A stretch of 64,000 nucleotides of DNA from an uncultured Aminicenantes bacterium (GTDB lineage: Bacteria; Acidobacteriota; Aminicenantia; UBA2199), in contig CBDAFS010000041.1 in the NCBI GenBank assembly GCA_965195285.1, forward strand, positions 1 to 64,000, given 5' to 3'. The notes under the pieces were generated by a model, which was given only the letters and a program-made list of their open reading frames with translations, was not told the DNA's origin and did not search any database. Position numbers and translations under genes: made by a program. Of the stretch, positions 31,326-40,639 are shown piece by piece (positions within the stretch are counted from its first letter, which is position 1; each line of letters begins with the position of its first letter).

Positions 31326-32570
31326 ATGAAGAAATTTTCCACAGTTCTATTGGTTTCAATCCTAACCCTTATCTTTTCCATTTCTCTTTTCTCAAACGGT
31401 CTCAACCTGAACAGTATCGGATCACGAGCCAGTGCTATGGGGACAGCCTTTATCGGGCTGGCTGATGACTTCAGCGCGGTTTTCTTTAATCCCGCCGGCC
31501 TGACCCAGATGAAAAAGGCCAATCTGACCATTTTCGGTACCAATTTGATTCCCACCGGTACCTACCAGTTTGAAGCGGCTGGAATTGATACCCAGACCGA
31601 CAGCGAGATGCATCCCTCCGGTGCGCTGGCCTACTTCAATCCCGTATCGGATAAACTGGTACTGGGTTTGGCCGTTTATGTGCCCTCGGGCAGCGGCGGC
31701 TCCTGGAATGGGGACGACCTTGCTCCCTTGGCAGGAGGGATTTCTTACAATTGGTCAAGTAAGATCTTTGCCATTTCCCTTTCACCGGTAATTGCCTATC
31801 AAATAACCGATAACTTCTCGGTTGGCGCCACCCTGAATATCAGTTATGGCATGTTGTCCACCGAATCACCCGGAGTCGGCCAGTATTCCGAAGATTTATC
31901 CGGAATATCTTTCGGAGCCACATTGGGTGTGCTGTTTGCTCCCTCTGATTTTATCAGCATCGGGGCCTCTTTAAGAACAGCCTCCAAAATCAATTTTGAG
32001 GGTGATGCCGTCATGGAAGGTTTTGCTCTTTTAGGCCAGGAAACAACGGCCACTGCCTCCCGGGATGCCACCTGGCCTATGGTGGCCGGAATCGGTGTGG
32101 CCATAAAACCCATCGATAAATTGATTATTGTGATTGATGCCGTATGGACAAACTGGGCCAAGCTGGATATGATTGAGGTCGAGTATGATGACCCCGGCTG
32201 GCAGCCCACTCTGGATGCAGTCAATGTGGATTATGATTATGATCTGAGATGGGAAGACACCTGGCAGATCAAATTGGGTCTGGAATATCAGGTTTCCGAG
32301 TGTATTGCCCTAAGAGCAGGCTGGTATTCTGACCCGGCTCCCTCTCCCATTGCCACCCAGAATATCCTGCTTCCCAACATCGATTACAATGCCATTACCG
32401 CCGGTATCGGCTATAAGAAGAACAAGATTGCCATTGATTTTGGTTTCGAATATATCATGGGTACAGACAGGGAGGTTCCGATAACAGAACCGGATGCCAT
32501 GCCCGGTACCCACGGTATGAAGGTATTGGTTCCCAATCTCACCTTCACCTATTATTTCGGAGGAGAATAG
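31326..32570 (+). CDS. OmpP1/FadL family outer-membrane transporter
   Basis: NGLNLNSIGSRASAMGTAFIGLADDFSAVFFNPAGL; GAGGAGG RBS before ATG 31326. Confidence 0.9.
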   Translation: MKKFSTVLLVSILTLIFSISLFSNGLNLNSIGSRASAMGTAFIGLADDFSAVFFNPAGLTQMKKANLTIFGTNLIPTGTYQFEAAGIDTQTDSEMHPSGALAYFNPVSDKLVLGLAVYVPSGSGGSWNGDDLAPLAGGISYNWSSKIFAISLSPVIAYQITDNFSVGATLNISYGMLSTESPGVGQYSEDLSGISFGATLGVLFAPSDFISIGASLRTASKINFEGDAVMEGFALLGQETTATASRDATWPMVAGIGVAIKPIDKLIIVIDAVWTNWAKLDMIEVEYDDPGWQPTLDAVNVDYDYDLRWEDTWQIKLGLEYQVSECIALRAGWYSDPAPSPIATQNILLPNIDYNAITAGIGYKKNKIAIDFGFEYIMGTDREVPITEPDAMPGTHGMKVLVPNLTFTYYFGGE

Positions 32571-32580
32571 AGTTAATTCA

Positions 32581-33360
32581 TTAGACTATATTGATTTTTA
32601 ATCCGATCGGACAGTGGTCCGAACCGTAGACACCGGAAAGTATATAGGAGTCGGCAATCCTGTCAACCAGATTGTCATTGACAAAAAAATAGTCGATCCG
32701 CCACCCGATATTCTTTTCCCGGGCCCTGAACCGGTAGGTCCACCAGGTATACTGTTCCGGCTCCTGATTGAAGAGCCGGAAGGTATCCTGGTATCCGGAG
32801 GCGATCAGCTTGTCGATCCAGGCCCTTTCGATCGGTAAGAATCCCGATCGGTCTTCATTGTTCTTGGGATTTTTAAGGTCAATGGGTTTATGGGCTGTGT
32901 TGTAATCGCCCATGATGATCAGGTTTTTGCCGCTGTCTTTCAAGCGGTTGAAGTAATTCAGGCTCTCATCATAGAATTTCAATTTATACTGCAGCCGCTC
33001 CTCACTCATCTGGCCGTTGGGAAAATAGATGTTAAATACAGTAAATGTCTCATACTCCAGCTCGATAATCCGGCCTTCCTGGTTCAGGACTTCATGGGGG
33101 AAGCCGTGGGCCTTAATGGACAGGGGCGGGTTCCGGAAAAAGACCCCGGTGCCGCTGTAACCCTTGCGTTCGGCAAAATTCCAGGCGGTCCGGTAAGTCG
33201 AAGATTGATGGATCTCTTCGGGAAGCTGGTGTTCCTGGAGCTTGGTTTCCTGGATGCCCAGGATATCCGGTTTCTGCGCCTCCAGAAAATCCATAAAACC
33301 CTTATTGATGACCGCCCGCAATCCGTTTACATTCCAGCATAAAACATTGATGGTTTTCAT
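32581..33360 (-). CDS. xth: Exodeoxyribonuclease III
   Basis: WNVNGLRA, QETK, GYSG, YFPNG, GDYNTAH, GWRIDYF, GSDHCP. Confidence 0.95.
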   Translation of the reverse strand: MKTINVLCWNVNGLRAVINKGFMDFLEAQKPDILGIQETKLQEHQLPEEIHQSSTYRTAWNFAERKGYSGTGVFFRNPPLSIKAHGFPHEVLNQEGRIIELEYETFTVFNIYFPNGQMSEERLQYKLKFYDESLNYFNRLKDSGKNLIIMGDYNTAHKPIDLKNPKNNEDRSGFLPIERAWIDKLIASGYQDTFRLFNQEPEQYTWWTYRFRAREKNIGWRIDYFFVNDNLVDRIADSYILSGVYGSDHCPIGLKINIV

Positions 33361-33446
33361 GAGGTTATTGTACCGGAATCCCGGGCGGACTTGCAAGGTC
33401 GTTTTCAACACTTGACACTTGACTGGCTTTTTTTTATCATTGGTTT

Positions 33447-35333
33447 ATGATGGGCATCAATTATTTCTCCAAAACCATCCTGTTCTATATGACGATGGTG
33501 CTGGTGGGTACCGGGGTTCTTTCCGCTCAACAGAGGGGCATAGAATTGTTGATCAAGGACAAATCCGGTAAAAAGGTTGGATTTTACCAGAAGAGCCATG
33601 CCCTGATCATCGGGGTGAGCGATTATACCGGAGGCTGGCCCGATATCGAAAGTATTCCGGATGAAATTAAAAAACTGAAGCGTTCACTGAGTGATCATGG
33701 TTTTAAGGTCCAGATCATCATGGACCCGGACAGTAAAAAATTATTTCAGGCCTACACCCTGTTTATCAACCAGCATGGTTACAATCCGGATAACCGTCTG
33801 CTGTTTTTCTTCTCCGGCCATGGGTACTCCCGCCAGGCAGGGAAAAAGGGGTACCTGGTTCCCGCTGATGCGCCAGACCCCCGAAAAGATGAAATAGGCT
33901 TTCTCCGCAAGTCCCTGAGCATGACCCAGATCCTCACCTGGTCCCGCCAAATTGAATCAAGGCATGCCCTGTTTTTGTTTGATTCCTGCTTTTCCGGGAC
34001 TATTTTTAAAACCCGGGCTCTGCCCAGTCAACCCCCGCATATTACCGATCTGACTTCCCGGCCGATCCGGCAGTTCATCTCTGCCGGAAGTGCGGGTGAA
34101 GAAGTGCCGGCCCGCAGTGTGTTTACTCCCTCGTTTATCCGGGGAATCAACGGTCAGGCTGATCTGAATAAAGACGGTTATGTAACCGGTACCGAACTGG
34201 GAATTTTCCTGCACGATACCGTGGTGAATTACCAAAAAGGTCAGACCCCTCAGTACGGTAAGATCAAGGATCCGGATCTGGATGAGGGTGATTTTGTTTT
34301 TAAGATTCCCAAGCAGGTGTCTTCACCCAATCCGCCCCAGGCCAGAATCGTCAATGACCCGGAACTGGATTGCTGGATGCTGGTAAAAAACTCTGATGAA
34401 ATCTCCGATGTCCAGTACTATTTGAAAAATTATCCCAAGGGAAAGTTTATGGTACCGGCCCGGTTGAAACTCAAACAGATCCGGCGACGGCAACAAGTAC
34501 CCAGAGCTGATAAAGTCCGGAAACCAACCCGGAAAACCAATGCCGAATGGGTGAATGACAAGGGTGATTACTGGATATATGTCGATGGAAAATCCTATGG
34601 TGCCAATACCAAAAGCGAATGGATTGACAATAACCTGCTGGTCTATGTGGAGGCCCTGAAGCAGTACTACATCATGAAGGATTACAAGCACCGGGATGAC
34701 AATACCCTGCGTCCGGCCCAGCCGGTTACTACGCCCAACCAGACCCTGTGGAGAAACGAGAACGGATTGTTCTGGCTCTATGTGGATGGTAAATCCTGCA
34801 GCAATATCAAGAGCGATTGGGCCGGTGATGACGTGCTGGCCTTTGTGCCCTCTCTCCAGTGGTATTACCTGATGGAGGATTACCGTCATCGAAATGATAA
34901 TACCCTGAGACCGGCCGAGCCGATCTATTCACCCAACGGGACCCTGTGGCGGAACCAGAACCAGAATTTCTGGGTTTATGTCAATGGTAAATCCTACGGA
35001 TCGAGTACTCGCTGGGTATGGATCGATCAACATCTTCTGATCTATGTTCCGGAATTGCAACACTATTACCAGCTGGAGAATTACAAAACCCGGGCGGATA
35101 ATAAGCTCAGGCCGGCCCTGCCTCTGGTCAGTGGCAATAGAACACTGTGGAGACGAAAAGACAATCTCTACTGGCTGTATGTCGATGGAAAACCGGTACA
35201 CAAGGAATCCACCAGCAGCAGGCAGGGCAATGACCTGCTGGTGTCGGTATCCTCCCTGAATCAACAATTTGTATTGCAGAATTACAAGAACCGGGACGAT
35301 AACACACTGCGTCCGGCCCTGATCAAACGATGA
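33447..35333 (+). CDS. Secreted caspase-family (C14) peptidase with four C-terminal ~67-aa repeats
   Basis: ALIIGVSDY, FFSGHG, FDSCFSG dyad; repeats W-x(7)-W-x-YVDGK...DNTLRPA. Confidence 0.85.
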   Translation: MMGINYFSKTILFYMTMVLVGTGVLSAQQRGIELLIKDKSGKKVGFYQKSHALIIGVSDYTGGWPDIESIPDEIKKLKRSLSDHGFKVQIIMDPDSKKLFQAYTLFINQHGYNPDNRLLFFFSGHGYSRQAGKKGYLVPADAPDPRKDEIGFLRKSLSMTQILTWSRQIESRHALFLFDSCFSGTIFKTRALPSQPPHITDLTSRPIRQFISAGSAGEEVPARSVFTPSFIRGINGQADLNKDGYVTGTELGIFLHDTVVNYQKGQTPQYGKIKDPDLDEGDFVFKIPKQVSSPNPPQARIVNDPELDCWMLVKNSDEISDVQYYLKNYPKGKFMVPARLKLKQIRRRQQVPRADKVRKPTRKTNAEWVNDKGDYWIYVDGKSYGANTKSEWIDNNLLVYVEALKQYYIMKDYKHRDDNTLRPAQPVTTPNQTLWRNENGLFWLYVDGKSCSNIKSDWAGDDVLAFVPSLQWYYLMEDYRHRNDNTLRPAEPIYSPNGTLWRNQNQNFWVYVNGKSYGSSTRWVWIDQHLLIYVPELQHYYQLENYKTRADNKLRPALPLVSGNRTLWRRKDNLYWLYVDGKPVHKESTSSRQGNDLLVSVSSLNQQFVLQNYKNRDDNTLRPALIKR

Positions 35334-35872
35334 ACATGAAACGACAATCATATATTTTCAGAATTGTTATGGTGATCGGTGCGGCCTGCTGGATGGCGTT
35401 TTCAGGAATCGGATGGGCAGGGGATACCGCTCCGGAGGCCATGCAAAAAATGGCACCCTTTATTGGAAAATGGAAAACGGTCTCCCTGTATCCGGAGCGG
35501 GGCTTGATGGTCCCGGGTCAACTGGAATATCGCTGGGTACTGGGAAAAAATTGGGTGCTGGTCATCTTCGAGGGGCAGCACCCGGAACGAAAATACTGGG
35601 AAGCCATTGCCATGATCAGGTATGATCCCGAAAAAAAATGTTATATATCACATGATTATTTCAACGAAAGGGATCCCGTTCTGATGACCGGTTTTTGGAT
35701 CAATTCCCGCACGATTCGCTTCGAGATAAGGGATGATAACGGGTCATCCGGGATCGATTACACGGTCAACCCAGACGGAAGCATCTATCAGGAAAACTGG
35801 ATCCTGCCCAAGGGCAAAGAGAGGAAAGTCACCCTGAAAACAGACTATACTCGATGTTTGCCAGATAATTAA
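35330..35872 (+). CDS. Secreted DUF1579-like beta-barrel protein
   Basis: Signal peptide; MAPFIGKW, WVLGKNW, YDPEKK pattern. Confidence 0.55.
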   Translation: MNMKRQSYIFRIVMVIGAACWMAFSGIGWAGDTAPEAMQKMAPFIGKWKTVSLYPERGLMVPGQLEYRWVLGKNWVLVIFEGQHPERKYWEAIAMIRYDPEKKCYISHDYFNERDPVLMTGFWINSRTIRFEIRDDNGSSGIDYTVNPDGSIYQENWILPKGKERKVTLKTDYTRCLPDN

Positions 35873-35909
35873 TTGAGGTAAAGGTTAAGGTAGCGTAAAA
35901 TGCATACAC

Positions 35910-35933
35910 GTAGGGGCAAACGGCGGTTTGCCC
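35910..35933 (+). repeat. GTAG-type REP palindrome (singleton)
   Basis: GTAGGGGCAAACGGCGGTTTGCCC, identical to 21496-21519. Confidence 0.85.
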
Positions 35934-36293
35934 TCTAATCGGATAATATTATTGAATTAATGATTACGGGCTTTCGCAAACATCTACTCCACTTTACCCA
36001 AAAATGCTCTCATTTTTGGGAGCGTTTCAGCATTTTTTGACATGCGAGAAAATGCTTTCACAAGCCGTTCCGGAGATGGTTTGCTACGCCCTGAATATAT
36101 TTCTTTACCTTTTCCTCTATCTTTACCTAAGATTATGATCAATGAGCGTTGAACTGAATGTAAAGCCATGACCCCTATGAGGGATGTTTCACATCACCCG
36201 GAGGGTGAAGGATTTCCAAAAAAACCTATAAAAAGGTTGAAATTATTATCTTGATCTTTATAATAATTGTATTGAGACTTGAGGAGGTCAAAT

Positions 36294-36464
36294 ATGAAGC
36301 TTAATGCACCCAAAAAAATGGTATGGTTTCTATCATTAATTTTAGCCATTATCAGTATTGTTGCTTATTTTGTGGTCATTCCGGTGATCACCGGAATTAC
36401 CTTCTGGGTAATGGTTGCAGCCTGGCTCTTGCTGTTTCTGGCTACTTTTCTAAAAGGTTTTTAG
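36294..36464 (+). CDS. Small two-TM membrane protein
   Basis: GAGGAGG RBS, MKLNAPKKMVW...LKGF, two hydrophobic helices; TTGAAA-16-TATAAT upstream. Confidence 0.75.
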   Translation: MKLNAPKKMVWFLSLILAIISIVAYFVVIPVITGITFWVMVAAWLLLFLATFLKGF

Positions 36465-36601
36465 CCTTGGATTTGTTTATTAACCAAGTAACGTAACCAA
36501 ACGATCCGGGGAAAAACGGAAAAAACCGAATTTCCCCGGAGTCCTTTTAATGGAGTTAATTCCCTGAAACCTGAACTGGGTTTCTGGCCGGGGAAAAACC
36601 A

Positions 36602-36799
36602 ATGAAAATCCTGATCAATGACCAGATGATTGAAATATTTGAAGGTGCCCGTCTGCAAGATGCGGTTCGCAAATATTCCGAAACAGAATTGAAACTGATC
36701 GAAAAAGAAGACAGAAAAATTGTTGACAGAGAGGGAAATCCCTTGGCCCTGGACGGAGAACTCTCAGATGGAGAATATTTTTATATTATAGAATGTTAA
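36602..36799 (+). CDS. Small hypothetical protein, possible beta-grasp (ThiS/ubiquitin-like) fold
   Basis: MKILIND..IEI..GARLQDAV...LDGELSDGE pattern; no C-terminal GG. Confidence 0.55.
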   Translation: MKILINDQMIEIFEGARLQDAVRKYSETELKLIEKEDRKIVDREGNPLALDGELSDGEYFYIIEC

Positions 36800-36948
36800 A
36801 AAACAAGCCTTTTATTGCCTTTTGATTCCTACCCTTCTTGTCTGTAATACCCCATAAGTTTTCGGCTTCCGAGCAATTATAATAAAACTGCTATGAAGAC
36901 GATAACAATAAAGTGATCCAATACCGGATCATTCAGAAGGAGATAAAA

Positions 36949-37242
36949 TTATTTACTGACTCGATCCTTTAGGGTTTTTCCGGCTTTGAAGGTCACATAA
37001 TTTTTGGCCGGAATCTGCATTTTCTGTCCGGTTTTTGGGTTAACTCCCATGCGGGCTTTCCGGGGAACAGTCTTAAAGGTTCCGAAACCGGGAATGGTGA
37101 CTTTCTTTCCCGCATCAAGCTCAACCGCGATGATCCCTTTTCCGGATTTGGCATTAAAAATAGAATCAACGGCTGCCTCAGAATCTTTTAAGGAAAGGCC
37201 GGTTTTTTTTGACAGTTTCTTAACAAGTTCTGTCTTGTTCAT
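36949..37242 (-). CDS. hup: HU family DNA-binding protein
   Basis: MNKTELV, IPGFGTF, RKARMGVNPKTG, FKAGKTLKD; GGAGG RBS. Confidence 0.95.
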   Translation of the reverse strand: MNKTELVKKLSKKTGLSLKDSEAAVDSIFNAKSGKGIIAVELDAGKKVTIPGFGTFKTVPRKARMGVNPKTGQKMQIPAKNYVTFKAGKTLKDRVSK

Positions 37243-37443
37243 ATTTTTACCTCCGTGTATTTAAAAAAATAAAAAAAATCCTTAACAATTGTCTTTCCCT
37301 GCTCCCCATGTTTCAATAAACAGGAAACAGTAAAATGTTTATTTTTACTTAATTCTTACTATAATAATAAAAGAAAAAACATTTTTTTCCAATAAAGAAA
37401 ATTATTTTTTTAAAATTTTTAATGGGAAAAGGGATTATTCTTT

Positions 37444-37773
37444 CTATTTCTTGTCTTTTGTTTTCGTGTTGCAGATTTTGCAGGGGGTATAACCTTGCTT
37501 GATGGCCTCGGCAAGATTCATTTCCTTGGCATCTTTTTTGATCATATGGCAACCTTTCTTATGGTATTTTTTTTCGCTGGCATTGACCAACACTTTGGTT
37601 TCTTCCTGGGCAATGGGTTTGCAGACTTTGCAGGGGGTGTAGCCTTTCTTAACGGCCTCACTCAGAGTAACCCGGGTTTTCCCGGTTTTTACCAGGCTGC
37701 AATTTTTCTTGTGATATTTTTTTCCGCCCTCTTTTATATATACATAGGTTTCCGATGATTTTTTTAAAGCTGA
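37444..37773 (-). pseudogene. 5'-truncated gene with two tandem Ada-type metal-binding domains (absent from the ORF track)
   Basis: Manual translation: ...YVYIKEGGKKYHKKNC...LSEAVKKGYTPCKVCKP...KKYHKKGC...LAEAIKQGYTPCKIC...TAG; no start codon ahead of the first domain, frame runs into the GGGGTC motif at 37774 and then a stop. Confidence 0.75.
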
Positions 37774-38857
37774 GGGGTCAAATCTTTATTATTGACAAAT
37801 AGAAATGAATTAAGACGCCTGGCAGGAGAACCATGGGTGACCCGGGAATAAAAAGTTACAGTCTCCTATTAATAACTTGAGCAATGGCTTTGATATATTC
37901 AGGTCCCATCCGGCAACACCCGCCAATAATATCAGCCCCAAGATCCAGCCATTCATCAACCATCAATTGGCAAAATGATAAATCAGAAGAACCTGACCAG
38001 GTTTTACTGGCTGCATGGTATATTTCTCCGGAATTGGGATAAACCACCACTTTTTTATCACCCGATTTCTCTTTAATTGCCCTGATCAATGGGGAAATTA
38101 AATTTGGTGCCGTACAATTGACACCAATAGCAAATACTCCTGGGTGAGAAGCAAAAAATGCAGCACAATCCTCTATGGGAGTTCCGTCATTCAGATGGCA
38201 TTCATCTTTACAGGAGAAAGACACCCAGGCCTGTTTTTTGGTATTCTTCAGGATTTCCGCCAATACCCTGGCTTCCTGAAAGCTTGGCATGGTCTCACAG
38301 GCAAAAAAATCTGCTCCCGACGTATCCAACAACTCAATTCTCGGTTGGTGAAATTCTGTAAGTTCCTCATCGGATAAACCGTAATGACCGCTATATTCCG
38401 AGCCATCAGACATAAAAGCGCCATATGGTCCAATACTGGCTGCCACCAGAGGCGAATAACTATTGGGTTGTGATGCCTCAAAATCTTTTATTGCCTCCTG
38501 GGCAAGGGTAACCGATTTTAGAATTAATGTTTCGGCTGTAGCCCGATCATGACCCAGAGCCAAAAAACCCGGAATGCTGGCCTGGTAGCTGGAAGTGATG
38601 ATGCATCGTGCACCCGTTTTTAGGTAAGCTAAATGGGCTTGCTTGATGGCCTCGGGATTAGAATCCAACAATCTGGCAGACCATAACCAATGATTCAGGT
38701 CACATCCCTGACTTTCCAGCTGGTTTGAGAGACCACCGTCTATCAATAATGGATATTTGATGTTCATTTGATTACAAAGAGTTTATTAAAATTTTTCAAA
38801 AATTTTTGACACAAATTTGACACAAATCAAAAATGTGGCAATGCAAGACCTGACCCC
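37774..38857. mobile_element. GGGG-bounded unit A: left motif, tRNA-Arg 3' fragment (37816-37849), mmuM, TGACACA direct repeats, right motif
   Basis: GGGGTCAAATCTTTATTATTGACA (37774, +) and GGGGTCAGGTCTTGCATTGCCACA (38857, -). Confidence 0.55.
37856..38767 (-). CDS. mmuM: Homocysteine S-methyltransferase
   Basis: LIDGGL, LWSA, AASIGPYGA, GSEY, GVNC, YPNSGE, IGGCC. Confidence 0.93.
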   Translation of the reverse strand: MNIKYPLLIDGGLSNQLESQGCDLNHWLWSARLLDSNPEAIKQAHLAYLKTGARCIITSSYQASIPGFLALGHDRATAETLILKSVTLAQEAIKDFEASQPNSYSPLVAASIGPYGAFMSDGSEYSGHYGLSDEELTEFHQPRIELLDTSGADFFACETMPSFQEARVLAEILKNTKKQAWVSFSCKDECHLNDGTPIEDCAAFFASHPGVFAIGVNCTAPNLISPLIRAIKEKSGDKKVVVYPNSGEIYHAASKTWSGSSDLSFCQLMVDEWLDLGADIIGGCCRMGPEYIKAIAQVINRRL

Positions 38858-38868
38858 ATTTATTTTTT

Positions 38869-39420
38869 TTAGTTGGGAACAGCTAATCCTCTTAACTTCC
38901 CTCCATTATCTCCCAGGATTATTGAAAAAAGAACACATATACCATTTAGGATCAAATACAACCATAAAGCCAAAGGAGCTTGGAACATGATCAATAAGGC
39001 CAGGATTGAGGAGAGGAGAAAAAAGAGTATGGCTACGGTGATCTTTAATTTTAAAATAGGGGTGTTTAATTTTTTAAATTGGGTTTTACCAACCAATAAT
39101 CCGGTTATTATTGCCCCTAATACCGATAAGGGTAAAAGAACTGAAAGAACCTGGCTGCACGATAAAAGATTGAATGGGCAAGGAAAAAACAAGATCAGGT
39201 GAAAGAACAGTAATCCCAAAATAATAACTGCAATTGCCTGGGGAAAATGAACCACCATAGAATGGAGATTTAAATCAAGAATTTTCCTCCTCTTTTCGGA
39301 AACTTTGTCATTATACCCTTCAAAGGCGTTTTTTGAAACTCCACAGGCAGGACAAAATTCCCCTAGTTTATGTTGATCAATAATAAATCCGCAGACTTTA
39401 CAAATAACTTTATTTTTCAT
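38869..39420 (-). CDS. Rubredoxin-like domain fused to DUF2231-like membrane domain
   Basis: CKVCG...CPACG; HSMVVHFPQA; four TM helices; GDNGGKL; AGGAG RBS. Confidence 0.75.
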   Translation of the reverse strand: MKNKVICKVCGFIIDQHKLGEFCPACGVSKNAFEGYNDKVSEKRRKILDLNLHSMVVHFPQAIAVIILGLLFFHLILFFPCPFNLLSCSQVLSVLLPLSVLGAIITGLLVGKTQFKKLNTPILKLKITVAILFFLLSSILALLIMFQAPLALWLYLILNGICVLFSIILGDNGGKLRGLAVPN

Positions 39421-39514
39421 CTCTCCTCCTATTTATTGTCTGAAATAGTAAATGATTCAAGATTCTTTTGCAAGTAAGTAAAAGTAATAAGGGGTGTAAA
39501 ATTTAGGAGTGTAA

Positions 39515-39673
39515 GGGGTGATATTGTTTGACAGTGTGACATTTATTTTTACAGCAGTTAGGAAAAGTAATTTAAAGGGTGAGGGAACCTGCACCTGGCA
39601 GGGATCGAACCTTTTTTTTATTTTTATTTAAAAAAAACGATAAGTGGATTTCAATACTTCAAAAGACCGTCCC
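39515..39673. repeat. GGG-bounded unit B containing tRNA-Arg 3' end (39591-39612)
   Basis: GGGGTGATATTGTTTGACAGTGTGACATTT (+), GCACCTGGCAGGGATCGAACCT (21/22 match to the tRNA), GGGACGGTCTTTTGAAGTATTGA (-). Confidence 0.7.
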
Positions 39674-40520
39674 TTTTTGTCCCTTTTTGTCTTTTTGTAA
39701 TATGACGCTCTAGACTGGATATGAATTTTTGTAATCCTGCGATATAAAGTTGTTCTGAAAGGATAACCCCTTCATTGTGACTCCCTCTAATTGAGAGAAA
39801 TTCTTTGGGGGAACGTGCAGAATCATAGAGTTTTTGACCGTTGCTATAGGAAATGATCTCATCATCCCGGCTATGAATAATCAGCACCGGGCAGTTGATT
39901 TTTTTTAAGTATTTTGATGTGTTATATTTAAAATGGGATAAAAGTTTAACTGGAAAAATCGGATATAGTTTTGCCCCCAACTCAGGGATTGAAGTAAAAG
40001 AAGATTCAACGATTAATCCTCTGGGATTATATTTTTGAGCTAGCCAGGCTGCTATTGATCCTCCCAGGGAGCGGCCAAAAACAATTATTTTATTGTTTGA
40101 AATCTTTAATTCATTTACCAGATAATTCCAGGCTGCCTCTGCATCCAGATATGTGCCCTTTTCAGTGGTTCGACCTTCACTCTGACCGTATCCTCGATAA
40201 TCGAATATGAAGGTGTTTAATTGAAGATGATGAAAAATTTTAATAGATTCGAGTCGATGGGAAATATTCCCGGCATTTCCATGACAGAATAAAATAGTTG
40301 CCTTTGGTTTTTTAGTGGGAATAAACCAGGCAGAAATTAACACATCATCAGAGGTTTTATAACATATTTCTTGATATTCCAGATTAATGCTTTTTGGGGT
40401 TTGCAAAATATCTCTTTTTGGAAAATAAACAAACCTGGATTGAAAGAAAAAAAGGTAGGCAACTAATACTATGTATATAAAAGCTGCTGAGATTACAATA
40501 GTAAAAAAAAATCGGGACAT
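39651..40520 (-). CDS. Alpha/beta hydrolase (ABHD13/17-like)
   Basis: CHGNAGNI, DYRGYG, GRSLGG nucleophile, HSRDDEI, GSHN. Confidence 0.92.
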   Translation of the reverse strand: MSRFFFTIVISAAFIYIVLVAYLFFFQSRFVYFPKRDILQTPKSINLEYQEICYKTSDDVLISAWFIPTKKPKATILFCHGNAGNISHRLESIKIFHHLQLNTFIFDYRGYGQSEGRTTEKGTYLDAEAAWNYLVNELKISNNKIIVFGRSLGGSIAAWLAQKYNPRGLIVESSFTSIPELGAKLYPIFPVKLLSHFKYNTSKYLKKINCPVLIIHSRDDEIISYSNGQKLYDSARSPKEFLSIRGSHNEGVILSEQLYIAGLQKFISSLERHITKRQKGTKRDGLLKY

Positions 40521-40639
40521 TGAATTTACCGTCAACTTAAAAAAATAATTTTACCAAATCAATAATAATAATATCTTTTGATATTATATCAGGAAAAATG
40601 AGTTGTTGCCAAAGAAACATAGAAAAATCGAGAAAAATC

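Noticed and set aside
36793-36945. Degraded 5' remnant of a secreted enzyme downstream of the small ORF
   Set aside because: It needs several frameshifts and stop corrections, so it cannot be supported by eye.
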